From Nanobdellota archaeon (lineage in GTDB: Archaea > Nanobdellota > Nanobdellia > Pacearchaeales > GW2011-AR1): DNA of 64,000 nt. The translations under genes were made by a program, and so were the position numbers. The DNA lies in the NCBI GenBank assembly GCA_038045705.1, contig JBBSXO010000006.1:1-64000 (forward strand), read 5' to 3'. This document shows positions 1 to 10,500 of this stretch, piece by piece; position 1 is the stretch's first letter; each line of letters opens with the position of its first letter. Under the pieces are notes generated by a model that saw only the letters and a program-made list of their open reading frames with translations, searched no databases and was not told the origin of the DNA.

Positions 1-246
1 CTCCGCGACGGGATGGTGGCGATGGTGAATTCGGCGGTGACGTGAGGGATGACGAAGGCCGACGACCTTTCGGATCAATCCGGTGCGACACTGGCGCGCA
101 TGAAGGGCCCCGCGATCTACTACGCCGCGGGCAGTGGCTACTGGCGTGTTTGGTGATACAATCAACGAATAGCGCCGGGACGACATGTAGGCAGTCGACG
201 GCATGGTAATGGCCTCGGCTTCTATTATCATGCATCGACTCGACCG

Positions 247-1701
247 TCACTTCGACCTGGCACCAGCAGATAAATGCTCCATGGTCATTCCGCAACCAAG
301 GACAAGAGCGGATAGAACCATGCCAATCGTCGGCGACAAGAACACGAGGTTCTGGATACCCGCGAGCTTTCCGTATAAGGCTATACCCCATCCACCAATA
401 AACCCTACTACTATCGCGGCCAGAGCTGCAGGTCCAAGCCTCGCAAGCTTGACACGATCTCGCAGGAGAGCAATAAGAATCGGTGGAAACAGAGAAAGCG
501 CCCCTCCATATATACTGAATATCATGTCCTCGATTTGGAATTCCAGCTGTTGTAGCACTATTACTAAACCGCACGCGATCACAGTAGACGCGAGAATCGT
601 TAGCCTGACTCGCTGAAGACCCAGCGGCCTAGCTGATTTAGCGCGAATGTCCGTCGCTAGAGTATGGCCTACGGCAACAAGGAACGCGGAAGCTGTAGAA
701 AGGAGAGCGCAGTATAGCCCCATTAGGATCAAGAAGGCCAGCGCGTTTCCCACCGTGCTCTCCCCAAGTCGAGCTAGCATGTTTCCAAACACCTCTGCGC
801 CCGAAGCACCCGTCACAACGATGGTCGCGAGCCATGCTACGAGCACGAGCAGGCCCCAGGTAAACAGCACACCGACCGCGCTGCGTTTCAGACCACCCTG
901 CGTGATATCGCGATTTGCACTTCCTGAGACCCTCTGGAATAGTATCATCGAGCTCAGGTGCGTCGGAATATTCATCAACGCGACGCCAACCAAGAACCAA
1001 ACCAGCCCCGCGTCCAATTGCCGTAGAGTGTTATCCCGTGTAGCACGCGCTAGGATCGAATCCACACTGCCTGCATGGACGATTACGACGGCGGCGGCGA
1101 TAGCCGGAATCATCCACCATATGATCAGCATTTGAATTCGGTCTGTTCGTATTACAGTATCGAATCCGCCAAGCATGACATAGGCAACGGCAACAGCGGC
1201 AATTCCAATGGTCAATACCCAACGCGAAGCCCCCGGAATCAACTGCGCAAGAAACGAGCTACCGACTATGAACTCAGTGGCAAGCAAGAGTAATATGCCA
1301 ATAATAGTAAACGTGGCAGCGGCGCGACGTAGCGCATCCAACGAGTACTCGCACGCCAGGAACTCATGAAGACTGGGACGAAAGCGATACTGGCTGAGCT
1401 TGTCTGAGATGCGTCCTGCGAACAGGGCCGCCAGGAGCATTCCAGCCGCGCCAGTGAACGCGGTCCAGAGCAGCCACAGGCCGAAGTGCCCCACAAGGTT
1501 GAAGTAGGCAGCAACGATGGTAGCAAGACTCACCGTTGTCGCTACTGTGCTCGCCGAGAAGTCTCTCAATGATCGGACCCGGGTGCCTTGCTCTCTTGAC
1601 ACCGGCAAGAAGTCGGAAACCACTCGCACGCGACGCGATGCCAAGTAACCGAGGACTAGGAATGCTCCGGATGCAATCAGAAGTGCTATGTAAGGAATCA
1701 T
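247..1701 (-). CDS. Sodium:solute symporter (SSS/PutP-like) family transporter
   Basis: About 13 hydrophobic segments and the SSS-type 'YVMLGGFDTVIRTDRIQ' motif; ATG at 1701 lies 11 nt after the CDPS stop (ORF track starts at 1737). Confidence 0.85.
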   Translation of the reverse strand: MIPYIALLIASGAFLVLGYLASRRVRVVSDFLPVSREQGTRVRSLRDFSASTVATTVSLATIVAAYFNLVGHFGLWLLWTAFTGAAGMLLAALFAGRISDKLSQYRFRPSLHEFLACEYSLDALRRAAATFTIIGILLLLATEFIVGSSFLAQLIPGASRWVLTIGIAAVAVAYVMLGGFDTVIRTDRIQMLIIWWMIPAIAAAVVIVHAGSVDSILARATRDNTLRQLDAGLVWFLVGVALMNIPTHLSSMILFQRVSGSANRDITQGGLKRSAVGVLFTWGLLVLVAWLATIVVTGASGAEVFGNMLARLGESTVGNALAFLILMGLYCALLSTASAFLVAVGHTLATDIRAKSARPLGLQRVRLTILASTVIACGLVIVLQQLEFQIEDMIFSIYGGALSLFPPILIALLRDRVKLARLGPAALAAIVVGFIGGWGIALYGKLAGIQNLVFLSPTIGMVLSALVLGCGMTMEHLSAGARSK

Positions 1702-1712
1702 GGCGAGGGCAG

Positions 1713-2396
1713 TCAATCCATGGATAGATCGACACAAATCTGGTTGCTTAGGTCTGTCGTTGGGGCCTCAAGCGTGCGATCAGACAGTCTCTTGAGAACA
1801 GAGAGGTTGGTCCCCGGATAAATCTGGACGGTCGAGCCTCTGCTGACGAGGAATGAGAATATTGCGAGCTCCTCCAGGACATATGCCACGCATTGCTCGG
1901 GGCTAACTTCCGCCAGACGGGATGGAGAGACACCGCGGCGACGTCGCCGGATGAACCCCTCAACATCATCCGAAACAACCTTGCAGAATTCTGCACTACG
2001 ATGGTAGTGCCGTGTTACGGTGTCACAGAGTCGGGAGAATGCCGGATCTCCATAGATAGACTCGGAACTGACAATGCGGACTCTGTCTCCCGGATATCCA
2101 CTTACCACATCTCGCAATAGGCAATGGGTTGGGATTGACTCCGCTACAGCAAGTGCTCGCGCTTTCCCAGCGTCCCCTTTCGCCTTGCCAATCCAGTTGT
2201 GTCGATGCAAGTCGTCCCCCATCACTAGCTGGAAAGTCGCGAACCTCGCGGTTGCCCACTGGAGGAGGCGCGGCAGACGACTAGCCGTGTAGGCTGGATT
2301 GCCGATGCTCACTCCAGCGAAGGCGTGTCGGCCGACCAATTCATCCGGGCCAACGCCTGCGGGATGGATTTCGCGGATTCTTACTCGGCTTGACAT
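1713..2396 (-). CDS. tRNA-dependent cyclodipeptide synthase (CDPS, AlbC family, probably XYP subfamily)
   Basis: CDPS motifs 'HAFAGVSIGN' (HxxxGxSxxN), 'YVLEELA' (YxxEE) and 'IYPG'; likely ATG at 2396, 1 nt after the upstream stop. Confidence 0.8.
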   Translation of the reverse strand: MSSRVRIREIHPAGVGPDELVGRHAFAGVSIGNPAYTASRLPRLLQWATARFATFQLVMGDDLHRHNWIGKAKGDAGKARALAVAESIPTHCLLRDVVSGYPGDRVRIVSSESIYGDPAFSRLCDTVTRHYHRSAEFCKVVSDDVEGFIRRRRRGVSPSRLAEVSPEQCVAYVLEELAIFSFLVSRGSTVQIYPGTNLSVLKRLSDRTLEAPTTDLSNQICVDLSMD

Positions 2397-2397
2397 C

Positions 2398-3672
2398 TCA
2401 GAAGATCCCGAACGCGACCCGCCAACGTCGCGCTGCTTCGATGCATTGATCAAATGTCAGAAAGCTGATAGATCTCGCGATCACAGTTTCGCTGGAAAAG
2501 CGCGCAGTAGCTCCTATTAACGCACCGCTGTGTGTCTGAAACAGCATTAGTGCATCTGCATTGGGGCTCTCGGTGTCAACTGACATTAGTGCTTCAACAT
2601 CCTGTCTCGGGACCTTGCTACACGTCAAGAACACAGTCTTCTTGGCCAGCGTCTCCTCCAGAGTGGCCAACCTCGCCCTATCCTTCTCAGTGTTCTTATG
2701 CTCCAATGCCGCCCTTAGGTTGTCATGGAACACCGCAGCAGCATCGGCAGGACTATGGGAGTCATCATAGAGTACAAACGTAATCTTGGCAAAGTCATGG
2801 TTCCATAGATAGTCGTAGCTGTATGCCCGGAGATTCTCAAGCGGCAGCAGGTGCCGGCTCGAACATATTACTGCAAGTTGTGAGAATCGCTCGCAATTGA
2901 GTCCCTCCCATTCCCATGAGGTACTCGCGGAGACGGTTCTGGGGAGCCGCATCACTTCACGGCGCAGCGATTCAAACAGGGGCTCATAAAGCGATGGTAT
3001 GTTGCGAAAGAAACCAGAATAATAACCATCGGCCGTCAGTGCAGGGGCAGATGGCGGTCGTTCTTCGATCAAGCTTCGATGGGTCTCCACATCGAGATGC
3101 GCGGCGGCTACGAGCTCTCGAGGATCGAGTCCGGAACTGTCGATCGCCTGCAGCACGCTGAGCCCCTCTTGACCACGGAGGTCCGCTCGGGTGAGACGGG
3201 AAAGCGGCTCGAGGAATTTCTGAAGTAGTGGCCGAAGGCAATGTCGGTCAGGAAGCGACTCCAACAGAGCCTGAACATTCCGGTGCAGTCTGATTCCACG
3301 CTTGCGGTTTGGGTTATCGCCTGGCCCCTCCTCAGAGCTTCCGATCGCGGTAACCAGCGCTACCAAGGCGTCGAAGGACAGCGGCTGCGGCCGGACCTTG
3401 CCATGGCTGCTAGCGAATGCTCGGTGGATCGCTGGCACCTTCCCGATCGACGGGTGGTTACGCCCACTCTCGATCAGCCGGTAGGAGCTGTCCTCGACTC
3501 CGATGGTTGCCGCGATGGAGCGCGTAGGGATCCTCTGCCGGGCAAGCCGCAGCGCGGCGCCAAAGGCTACGGCTAGTGGGTTGGGTTTGGCCGGCCGCGC
3601 CACGCGTGAACCTCTCTGCGAAGAAGTACTTGTCCTTGCAGGACGGGAGGCCGGCAACCGCCTGCCAGCCAA
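2398..3672 (-). CDS. XRE-family HTH protein with large uncharacterised C-terminal domain
   Basis: N-terminal 'FGAALRLARQ...IAATIGVEDSSYRLIESGRNHPS' is a Cro/XRE HTH pattern; start uncertain. Confidence 0.65.
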   Translation of the reverse strand: MAGRRLPASRPARTSTSSQRGSRVARPAKPNPLAVAFGAALRLARQRIPTRSIAATIGVEDSSYRLIESGRNHPSIGKVPAIHRAFASSHGKVRPQPLSFDALVALVTAIGSSEEGPGDNPNRKRGIRLHRNVQALLESLPDRHCLRPLLQKFLEPLSRLTRADLRGQEGLSVLQAIDSSGLDPRELVAAAHLDVETHRSLIEERPPSAPALTADGYYSGFFRNIPSLYEPLFESLRREVMRLPRTVSASTSWEWEGLNCERFSQLAVICSSRHLLPLENLRAYSYDYLWNHDFAKITFVLYDDSHSPADAAAVFHDNLRAALEHKNTEKDRARLATLEETLAKKTVFLTCSKVPRQDVEALMSVDTESPNADALMLFQTHSGALIGATARFSSETVIARSISFLTFDQCIEAARRWRVAFGIF

Positions 3673-3859
3673 GAAGATCCGTTAACTAGTTTACGCACAG
3701 CCATTTAAGCGGTGAACTTGTGGCCGGCGAACATGCTGAGCCACCGTCACTCAGAATCGTAGGCATTGTGCCGCAGATTTCCAGATAAATGCATACGCAT
3801 GTGCTTGCATCTGCCTACAGCCCGCGGCACAGTGCGGCGGCACCGAATCGGAGGTTCCC

Positions 3860-4417
3860 ATGCAGACTTACGATCAGGAAGGTTCCCTCGGGGCGGCCCT
3901 CGGGCCCTCCTCACTACGGCTTGCCTTGGACCATCACGGAGTGCCACTCGTGACGTTCGGAGGTAGACACCTTGCGGACTTCGAGCAGGATCAGCTCTTC
4001 CTCATGGCTTGCCTGCTTGCGGCAACGAAGGTCCGGAGGGAAGACGGTGGAGCCGTCCATGTGACTGCCCTGGACCGTACTCTCAACCATGAGAACCTTC
4101 GTCGATTGAAGTCTGCGTTCGGAGCAGAGGGGGCCAGGGTGATTCAATCCCGTAAGCGCGGCAAGGGACTTGTCTTCCTGTCATTGCCATCCGCAGACAT
4201 ACGCATCGAGGACCACATTCGCACGTTCGTGCCTGTTCTGTTGCAGCGCTCATGGAACTACCAGAAGTGCCACCGAGATCTCACCCTGCGAACACTTGAG
4301 TCGGCATGCCATCAACGTGACATGTTGTTCAAGATACTCCATTTGATGCAATGGGACTGGGACTGTAGTGAGGATCTACGGCGCTTCGGCGTCCAACTTT
4401 CGGTGCCAACGCTCTAG
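3860..4417 (+). CDS. Hypothetical protein
   Basis: 185-aa ORF divergent from the XRE gene, no recognised motif. Confidence 0.5.
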   Translation: MQTYDQEGSLGAALGPSSLRLALDHHGVPLVTFGGRHLADFEQDQLFLMACLLAATKVRREDGGAVHVTALDRTLNHENLRRLKSAFGAEGARVIQSRKRGKGLVFLSLPSADIRIEDHIRTFVPVLLQRSWNYQKCHRDLTLRTLESACHQRDMLFKILHLMQWDWDCSEDLRRFGVQLSVPTL

Positions 4418-4483
4418 TTCTTGGGCCGGGTGCGCCCCGAAATAACTCCAGCTTCCCGCGCTGCGCGCCGTCAGCTCCTCCTG

Positions 4484-5329
4484 CTAGAGGTCGAGTCGTA
4501 GACACCAATAGCGAATGGCAGCTTCCAACAACTCTCCACTCTTCCTAGCCTTCTCCAGGAGCGGACTACTCCTTGAGACACCATAGGCCCGGCGCACCGC
4601 CATTGTGTATCCATCGCACCACAGTGTCGCACAGTGCAGCACGTTATCGTAGCCGAGCCATCCGCCAGGCGCAGGGTCGTGGCCCTGTGATCTTGGAAGC
4701 GCTGGGGCAAAAAACCGGATGAAGAAACCTCCAAGTTCTCGCTCCGGGAGGTCTCGGTAGGACCTTGGTACGACCCGCCAGTTAGAACTCGACAGGATCC
4801 GCCCTGGCCGTAGCAACATCGTGTGCTGCATGTCAAATCCAGATTCATGGTACAGGGCATACCTACTGTGTAGTTCTCCTGCAGCTTGTCCCGCATCGAA
4901 TAGGGGGCGCCCATCCGGGATACCAATATCCGCAAGACTCATATCTGCTTCATCATCAATCTGCTCTCGCATGATCGGTCTCGCCATGGCATGGCCATCA
5001 CGGGGAAACTCCCAGTAGAGGCTGGCGGAGTTCGCAGACTCAGGCGTTGCTCCTGCCGCAAGGAAGCGGGGAAGAGTAATAACTGCCGCCGCGTCGATGC
5101 GCGAGGCGAGCGCAGCGTGTCGGCGCAGCGCGGTCGGCGGAGCACGGGAGTAGTAGGCCGGAAACCGCTCTGCAGCGGCCAGAACGGGAGGGCCGCTTCT
5201 CGCAGAAGGCAGTTCGTAGAGATCAACGCCAAGTGGTGATCTGCCACGGAAGCGGAGGCGCTCCCAGTCATATCGTTCACCCTCCGCTGTGAGGTGCAAC
5301 TGCCCATACTGTGTCAACCTAGTGAGCAT
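4484..5329 (-). CDS. Hypothetical protein
   Basis: 281-aa ORF with GGAGG upstream on the minus strand. Confidence 0.55.
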   Translation of the reverse strand: MLTRLTQYGQLHLTAEGERYDWERLRFRGRSPLGVDLYELPSARSGPPVLAAAERFPAYYSRAPPTALRRHAALASRIDAAAVITLPRFLAAGATPESANSASLYWEFPRDGHAMARPIMREQIDDEADMSLADIGIPDGRPLFDAGQAAGELHSRYALYHESGFDMQHTMLLRPGRILSSSNWRVVPRSYRDLPERELGGFFIRFFAPALPRSQGHDPAPGGWLGYDNVLHCATLWCDGYTMAVRRAYGVSRSSPLLEKARKSGELLEAAIRYWCLRLDL

Positions 5330-5443
5330 ATGTTACGACCTCCAAACGTCATACCACTCCCTGCATCTGTACCTTTTATTCCTTTGCTTAGATGGTGCCT
5401 TGCTTCGCAGATGGCTTTGATAGCGCTGTGAGTCGCGTTTGGC

Positions 5444-5935
5444 ATGGCTTGGTCAACCGCGCATTGGCGTCGTGTAGCAGAGGCCATGGACGCACGGTCA
5501 GCACTCGACTCACGGAGCTCAATTTCAGCGCTTGCACGACTGATCAGTCACCTCGCGCGCGCTGGTGGTTTCACGATCGATCCGCGGAATGGCATGGCTC
5601 CCTCGTTCTCTCGACGGGACTTCGTGGTGTCACTTGCCGGGCGCGAAGCGGTGTACCGTATCGCTCCGAGGGCCGCGGAGGTTGGCGCCTGGCTCTCGAA
5701 GGTGAAGTCGGCACTTGAACCACCGAGCCGCTTTGTTGGCGGGTGGATGAGTGATCTCTCTGGCCTGTACTACCTAGATGTCTCCACCGTAGTTCGCGGT
5801 CTCGAATGCGCCTTGACACTTGCGGCTTCATATGGACAGCAAGCAATTTTCCACCCGACGTCTGGTCGTACCATCTACCTACACGAGGACCATGTCGGCG
5901 GTAGAAGTGATTGCGCACAACAGGATGGGGCTTGA
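5444..5935 (+). CDS. Hypothetical protein, phage/MGE type
   Basis: 'GGW...YYLDVS...ALTLAASYGQQAIF' pattern resembling mobile-element proteins. Confidence 0.5.
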   Translation: MAWSTAHWRRVAEAMDARSALDSRSSISALARLISHLARAGGFTIDPRNGMAPSFSRRDFVVSLAGREAVYRIAPRAAEVGAWLSKVKSALEPPSRFVGGWMSDLSGLYYLDVSTVVRGLECALTLAASYGQQAIFHPTSGRTIYLHEDHVGGRSDCAQQDGA

Positions 5936-5977
5936 TTCAAGTGCACTTCGAGACACTGCGCGATGTCATGACGTGCA

Positions 5978-6304
5978 ATGCGGTATGTCGCCATGAATGA
6001 CCTGCATGAGCCAGTGGCTGATATGTCCGCTGTGCGGAATGCGTACGGCCATGACGTACTAGCCATGTTCAGGGCCTGCCAGGACTGCCTGACTGTACGC
6101 CAATGGGAAGCCTTGGTTCTTCTGTACGGCCGCCACATGACTCAGCAAGCCGTTGCAATGACTCTTGGCATCGCTCCAAGCTCCGTGAGTGGCTTGCTAA
6201 AGCGCGCGAGGCAAGTACTTGACTCTTACAGGCGCCAGGTAAGGCGCGAGGCAGTCGAGGTTAGGCGGGTTCTTGCTCGGGACCCTCTCGATTCGGAATC
6301 GTGA
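5978..6304 (+). CDS. Sigma-70 region 4-like HTH protein
   Basis: 'LTVRQWEALVLLYGRHMTQQAVAMTLGIAPSSVSGLLKRA'. Confidence 0.75.
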   Translation: MRYVAMNDLHEPVADMSAVRNAYGHDVLAMFRACQDCLTVRQWEALVLLYGRHMTQQAVAMTLGIAPSSVSGLLKRARQVLDSYRRQVRREAVEVRRVLARDPLDSES

Positions 6305-6386
6305 AAGAAGCGGTTCGATTCGATACGCAGTCTATACGTAGATAGCGTCCGTCGGCTCTGATGGGGCCAGCATTGCAAAGGCTGGC

Positions 6387-7005
6387 TCACTTTTTCAGTT
6401 CTACACCCAACCACCGCCTTCCCAGTCTTTCGGCGGCCGTCAGCGTGGTTCCAGTTCCGCAGAACGGATCGAGCACGAGGTCACCGACCCTGGAGCCTCC
6501 CTGGAGCCTGCCATGATCGCTCGCTTGGCCAGCTCGGGCGGGAACGTCGCATGATGCCCTGAACGCGAGCACGCGTGGCTGATGGTCCAGACGTCCCCAG
6601 GGTCCTTGCCCCCAGGGTGAAGCTCTGGGCGTTCCTTGATGATCGGTGGAATGTGCGCGTGCAGCGGCCCAGGGTTGCGCCATCGAGGCCCGGACTTCGA
6701 AAGGGCTCGTCGTGCCTGGGCAATTCGTTCGATTGTCGACGGCTTGTAGGGCTCGCGGATGGCATCCAGGTCGAACTGGTAGACGGCAGAGTTCGAGAGC
6801 ATGAACACGAACTCGTAGCGACAGCTCAGTCGGTCCTTGATCGCAGACGGGAGTGCGTTCGGCTTGTTCCAGATGACCGCGTTCCTGAGCCACCACCCAT
6901 CGGCCTGCATGGCAAGGGCCACGCGCCAGGGAATGCCGACGAGATCCTTTGGCTTCAGACCTGGAATGCCAGGCCTTCGATTCGGAGGCAGTCCTCGAGG
7001 GTGAT
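6387..7005 (-). pseudogene. N4/N6 site-specific DNA methyltransferase, truncated and frameshifted
   Basis: 'KDLVGIPWRVALAMQADGWWLRNAVIWNKPN', 'HHATFPPEL', then in another frame 'VLDPFCGTGTT'; no catalytic PPY motif (5' part missing); 11-bp duplication at 6488-6509 shifts the frame. Confidence 0.85.
6488..6509. repeat. 11-bp tandem duplication CCCTGGAGCCT x2
   Basis: Seen directly; coincides with the methylase frameshift. Confidence 0.9.
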
Positions 7006-7039
7006 GCGTTCCAGCGTTGCCTCCTGCCCGACGACAACC

Positions 7040-7440
7040 CGTTCTCCCAGGGCTGTTCAAGACCGTGAAGTACCGGCCAGGTTTCCCCGAACGTTTCGGC
7101 TCGCGGGAGCACGCACGCGTACACTGCGGACCGCTGTTCTACTGGTACAATGACGAGCACCACCATTCCAGCTTGGCGCTGCTCACCCCCGCCGACGTGC
7201 ATCATGGTCGTGGTGACCGGATCCTGGCCGCTCGTGACCGCGTCCTCGCGGGCGCCTTCGCCGCCACCCCGCAGCGCTTCGTCAAGCGGTTGCCCGTCGC
7301 GCCGCGACCGCCAACCGCGGTCTGGATCAACCGACCCGTCCAGGTCCACCAGCACCAGCCCTCCGACGTCCAGGCCGAGTCCGCATCGGCTGTTCACTCA
7401 TCTCTTCTTCCGTGTGTCTCATTTACGTTGACACGTTCCG
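7040..7440 (+). mobile_element. IS3-family transposase C-terminal remnant with probable right end
   Basis: 'LFKTVKYRPGFP...WYNDEHHHSSLALLTPADVHHG' resembles an IS3 transposase C-terminus; end-like TGTCTCA...TTGACA at 7415-7433. Confidence 0.75.
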
Positions 7441-7521
7441 GTTCTTGATGCGCCGATGCGCCGGCTTTTCGACCAGTGCACCGCTCAAAGTTGCGAAGCC
7501 CACCCAATCTAGACAGGCCCG

Positions 7522-10500
7522 ATGACTAGCATCTACCTATCGTCGACGTTCGAGGATCTCCGCCAATTCCGCGACGCGGTCTATCGGATCCTAAGGCGTC
7601 TGCGTTACGACGTTTGCGCAATGGAAGACTACGTCGCTAGCGAACAACGTCCGATCGACGTATGTCTGAAAGACGTAGCTTCTTGCGACGTCTACGTCGG
7701 GATTTTTGCGCAGTGCTACGGCTTCATACCGAAAACAAGCAACCCAGAATGGCTTTCAATCACCGAGCTGGAGTACCGAGAGGCAGGCGAGAAAGGCAAA
7801 CCGCGCCTGGTGTTTCTGCTGAGGGAAGGCTTGGACTGGCCCCGACTCCACAGCGATGTTCTGACCGGGAAACACGAGCGGGGCGAAAGGATTGCCAAAC
7901 TGCGACGCACACTCGAGCAGAAACACACGGTCAGCTACTTCTCGTCGGCCGACGATCTCTCAGCGCTTGTTTGTGCAGCGCTCGTGACCTGGGAGAAGAG
8001 CAGCCACGAGTTCGGTAGGCGTGATTTCTATCGCCACGTGGCGCTCCCCCCGAATCTCGTGCCGCGCAAAGCGCTTCTACGCGATCTACGGCTCGCAATC
8101 CTGACGGGATCAACTCCCCTGGCCCTAATATCGGGCGCCTCTGCGACTGCGACAGCTCTTCACGGCATGGGCGGTATCGGCAAAACTGTGATCGCCCGGG
8201 CGCTGTGCGATGACGTCGTGGTGCAGCGCGCCTTTCCAGACGGTATCCTCTGGGCGACCCTCGGAAAAGATGCCACAGAGACCGATGTCTTTTCCCACAT
8301 GACGGATTGGCTTTCGACCCTCGCCGGGAGCGGGCGTGCGGAACATAGGAGTCTGAGCGCTCTCAAGAACTCCTTGGGGCAGTTGCTCAGCAGCCGATCC
8401 TGCCTGCTTGTCATCGACGACGCCTGGCGACATTCTCTGGTCGACCATTTCAGGATCGGCGGGCCTCGGTGCCGGTTGATGCTCACAACCAGAAACGCTG
8501 AGGTCGCAGCAGAAAGTGGCGCTGATGTGCACGCTATTCCGCTGATGACACAGGACGAAGCACTAGCGCTCCTGTCATCATGGGCTGGGCGTCTGACCGA
8601 TGGCCCTGGTGACATAGGAAAAGAGATAGTCGACAGAATTGCGAGACTTCCCCTCGCGACCAAGCTTGCGGGCGTACAGTTGCGCCGGGAAGAGCCCAGG
8701 GCTTGGTTGCGGCAGCTCAACGTTGCCATGTTGAAGACAAACAGACCGGAAACGATCCACGACAGCTTGGAGTTGACATTCCGCGCTAGCATCGACGACC
8801 TGCCAGATGAAGAGCGGCTGGCCTACTCAGTCCTAGTCATCTTTAAGGAAGATCAGATGACTTCTGAGCATGTTGTCGCTAGACTTTGGCGAGCGATGTG
8901 CGGACTTGAAGCAAGCGAGTCCGCCAAGCTCTTGGACAAGCTGGCCTCTCTCGCCTTGCTCGACCTAGTTGGGAAAAACCCCAGGCGAGTCGCCCTGCAC
9001 GATCTTCTCCGGGACTTTCTTCGTGAGGACCTCCGCGAGCAAGGAGCCGCGGCAGCGCATGACGCTCTGCTTAACTCCTACTGCGTAGCTAGGTCTGCCA
9101 CAGATTGGATCGCCCTCCCTAACGATGGCTATCTGTTCGACCACTTGGCATATCACCTTCTCTCCGTAGGTCGCAGGGAGGAATTGTACGAGCTCTTGAC
9201 GGGATCGTGGGAATGGGCTGCCAGAAAGTCTACTGTTCTTGGCGGAGACCTGTCCTATGTCGCTGACCTCGACCGGACAATCGAGGCGCTGGACGGCAAA
9301 AGTGACGAAGCCTCGATCCTGCAGATCACAGGCTTGATAGCAGCAAGGGCAGCAGTACGTCACCGGGCAGAAGTCTACTCGGACCTAGACCTAGAGATTC
9401 TGTGCCTTCTTGGTCGCACTGCCGAAGCGGCCAGCCACGCCACACTCAGATCCGCCCCACTCGCACGCTGCGTTGGCCTTGCCACCATCTACGACATGCA
9501 AGTCCAACACGACGGGAAGGGGAACGACAGCTTCCTGCAGCAGGCCATCATGATCGCGACAGGGCTTGCTGAGCCGGCAATGCACTCCAAAGCACTGTGT
9601 CGTATTATTGATTCACTGTACTTGGCGGGCCTTGATACGCAAAGAGAAGCTTTTTACCCAGAAGCTCTCGCTGCGGCGAAGCGCGTCGCGGAACCCCGAG
9701 AGCGATCCGTCGCCCTGCAGGGGGTCGCAAGACGTCTCATTCAAGCTGGTCGTCTCTCGGATGCGCTGGCCGCCATGGACGGTGACATCCCAGGTAGCTT
9801 AGCGCTGGCGGCAGATGTGGTCACGGCCTTGGCGCAGCGCGGGGACTTTGATCAGGCGTTGCTCTATGCTCAAGACATCAGTTCTCAGGGAGACAAGAAC
9901 GTTGCGCTCGCCGCAATCTGCGTCGCCATGATTGCCGTTGGGCAGCATGACCGAGCCCACGAACTCGCAAGCAAGATCGAGAACTTCGAAGACCGAGTGC
10001 GCGTGACGTGCGCTCTAGCGATTCGCCATGCAAAGGCAGACCGACTCTCAGCTTGCCGTACGCTGGCACAGTTGCGCCAATCATGTTGCGCCGAGGAGCC
10101 AGCGCTTGCCCGCACCTCTTCTCTGGTGGAGGTTGCCCGGGCTCTGCACCAAATTGGGTCGGAGGATGCGGAGAGCGTTCTGAAGGAAGCAGAAGAACTG
10201 GGGAAGCAGATTGAAGACTGGCTTGACCGACAGAATGTGTTTGGCCAAATCGTCAGTTTGTTTGCACAAATGGGAAACGCCGAGAAGGCCTCTTCGCTCT
10301 CAAGCTGGGGGTTCGGTGAGCACGACTATACCGGACCTTTGGTGATCGCTAAAGGACTCGTTGACAGCGGCAAGTACGACGCGGCGATGCAATTCATAGA
10401 ACATCTCTGGCAACCTCATAACAAGCACGCGGCGGTGGCGTACGTGAGCAAGGCACTTGCTTTGTCCGGCCAGCTATCGCGCGCTCGCACGCTTTTCGAT

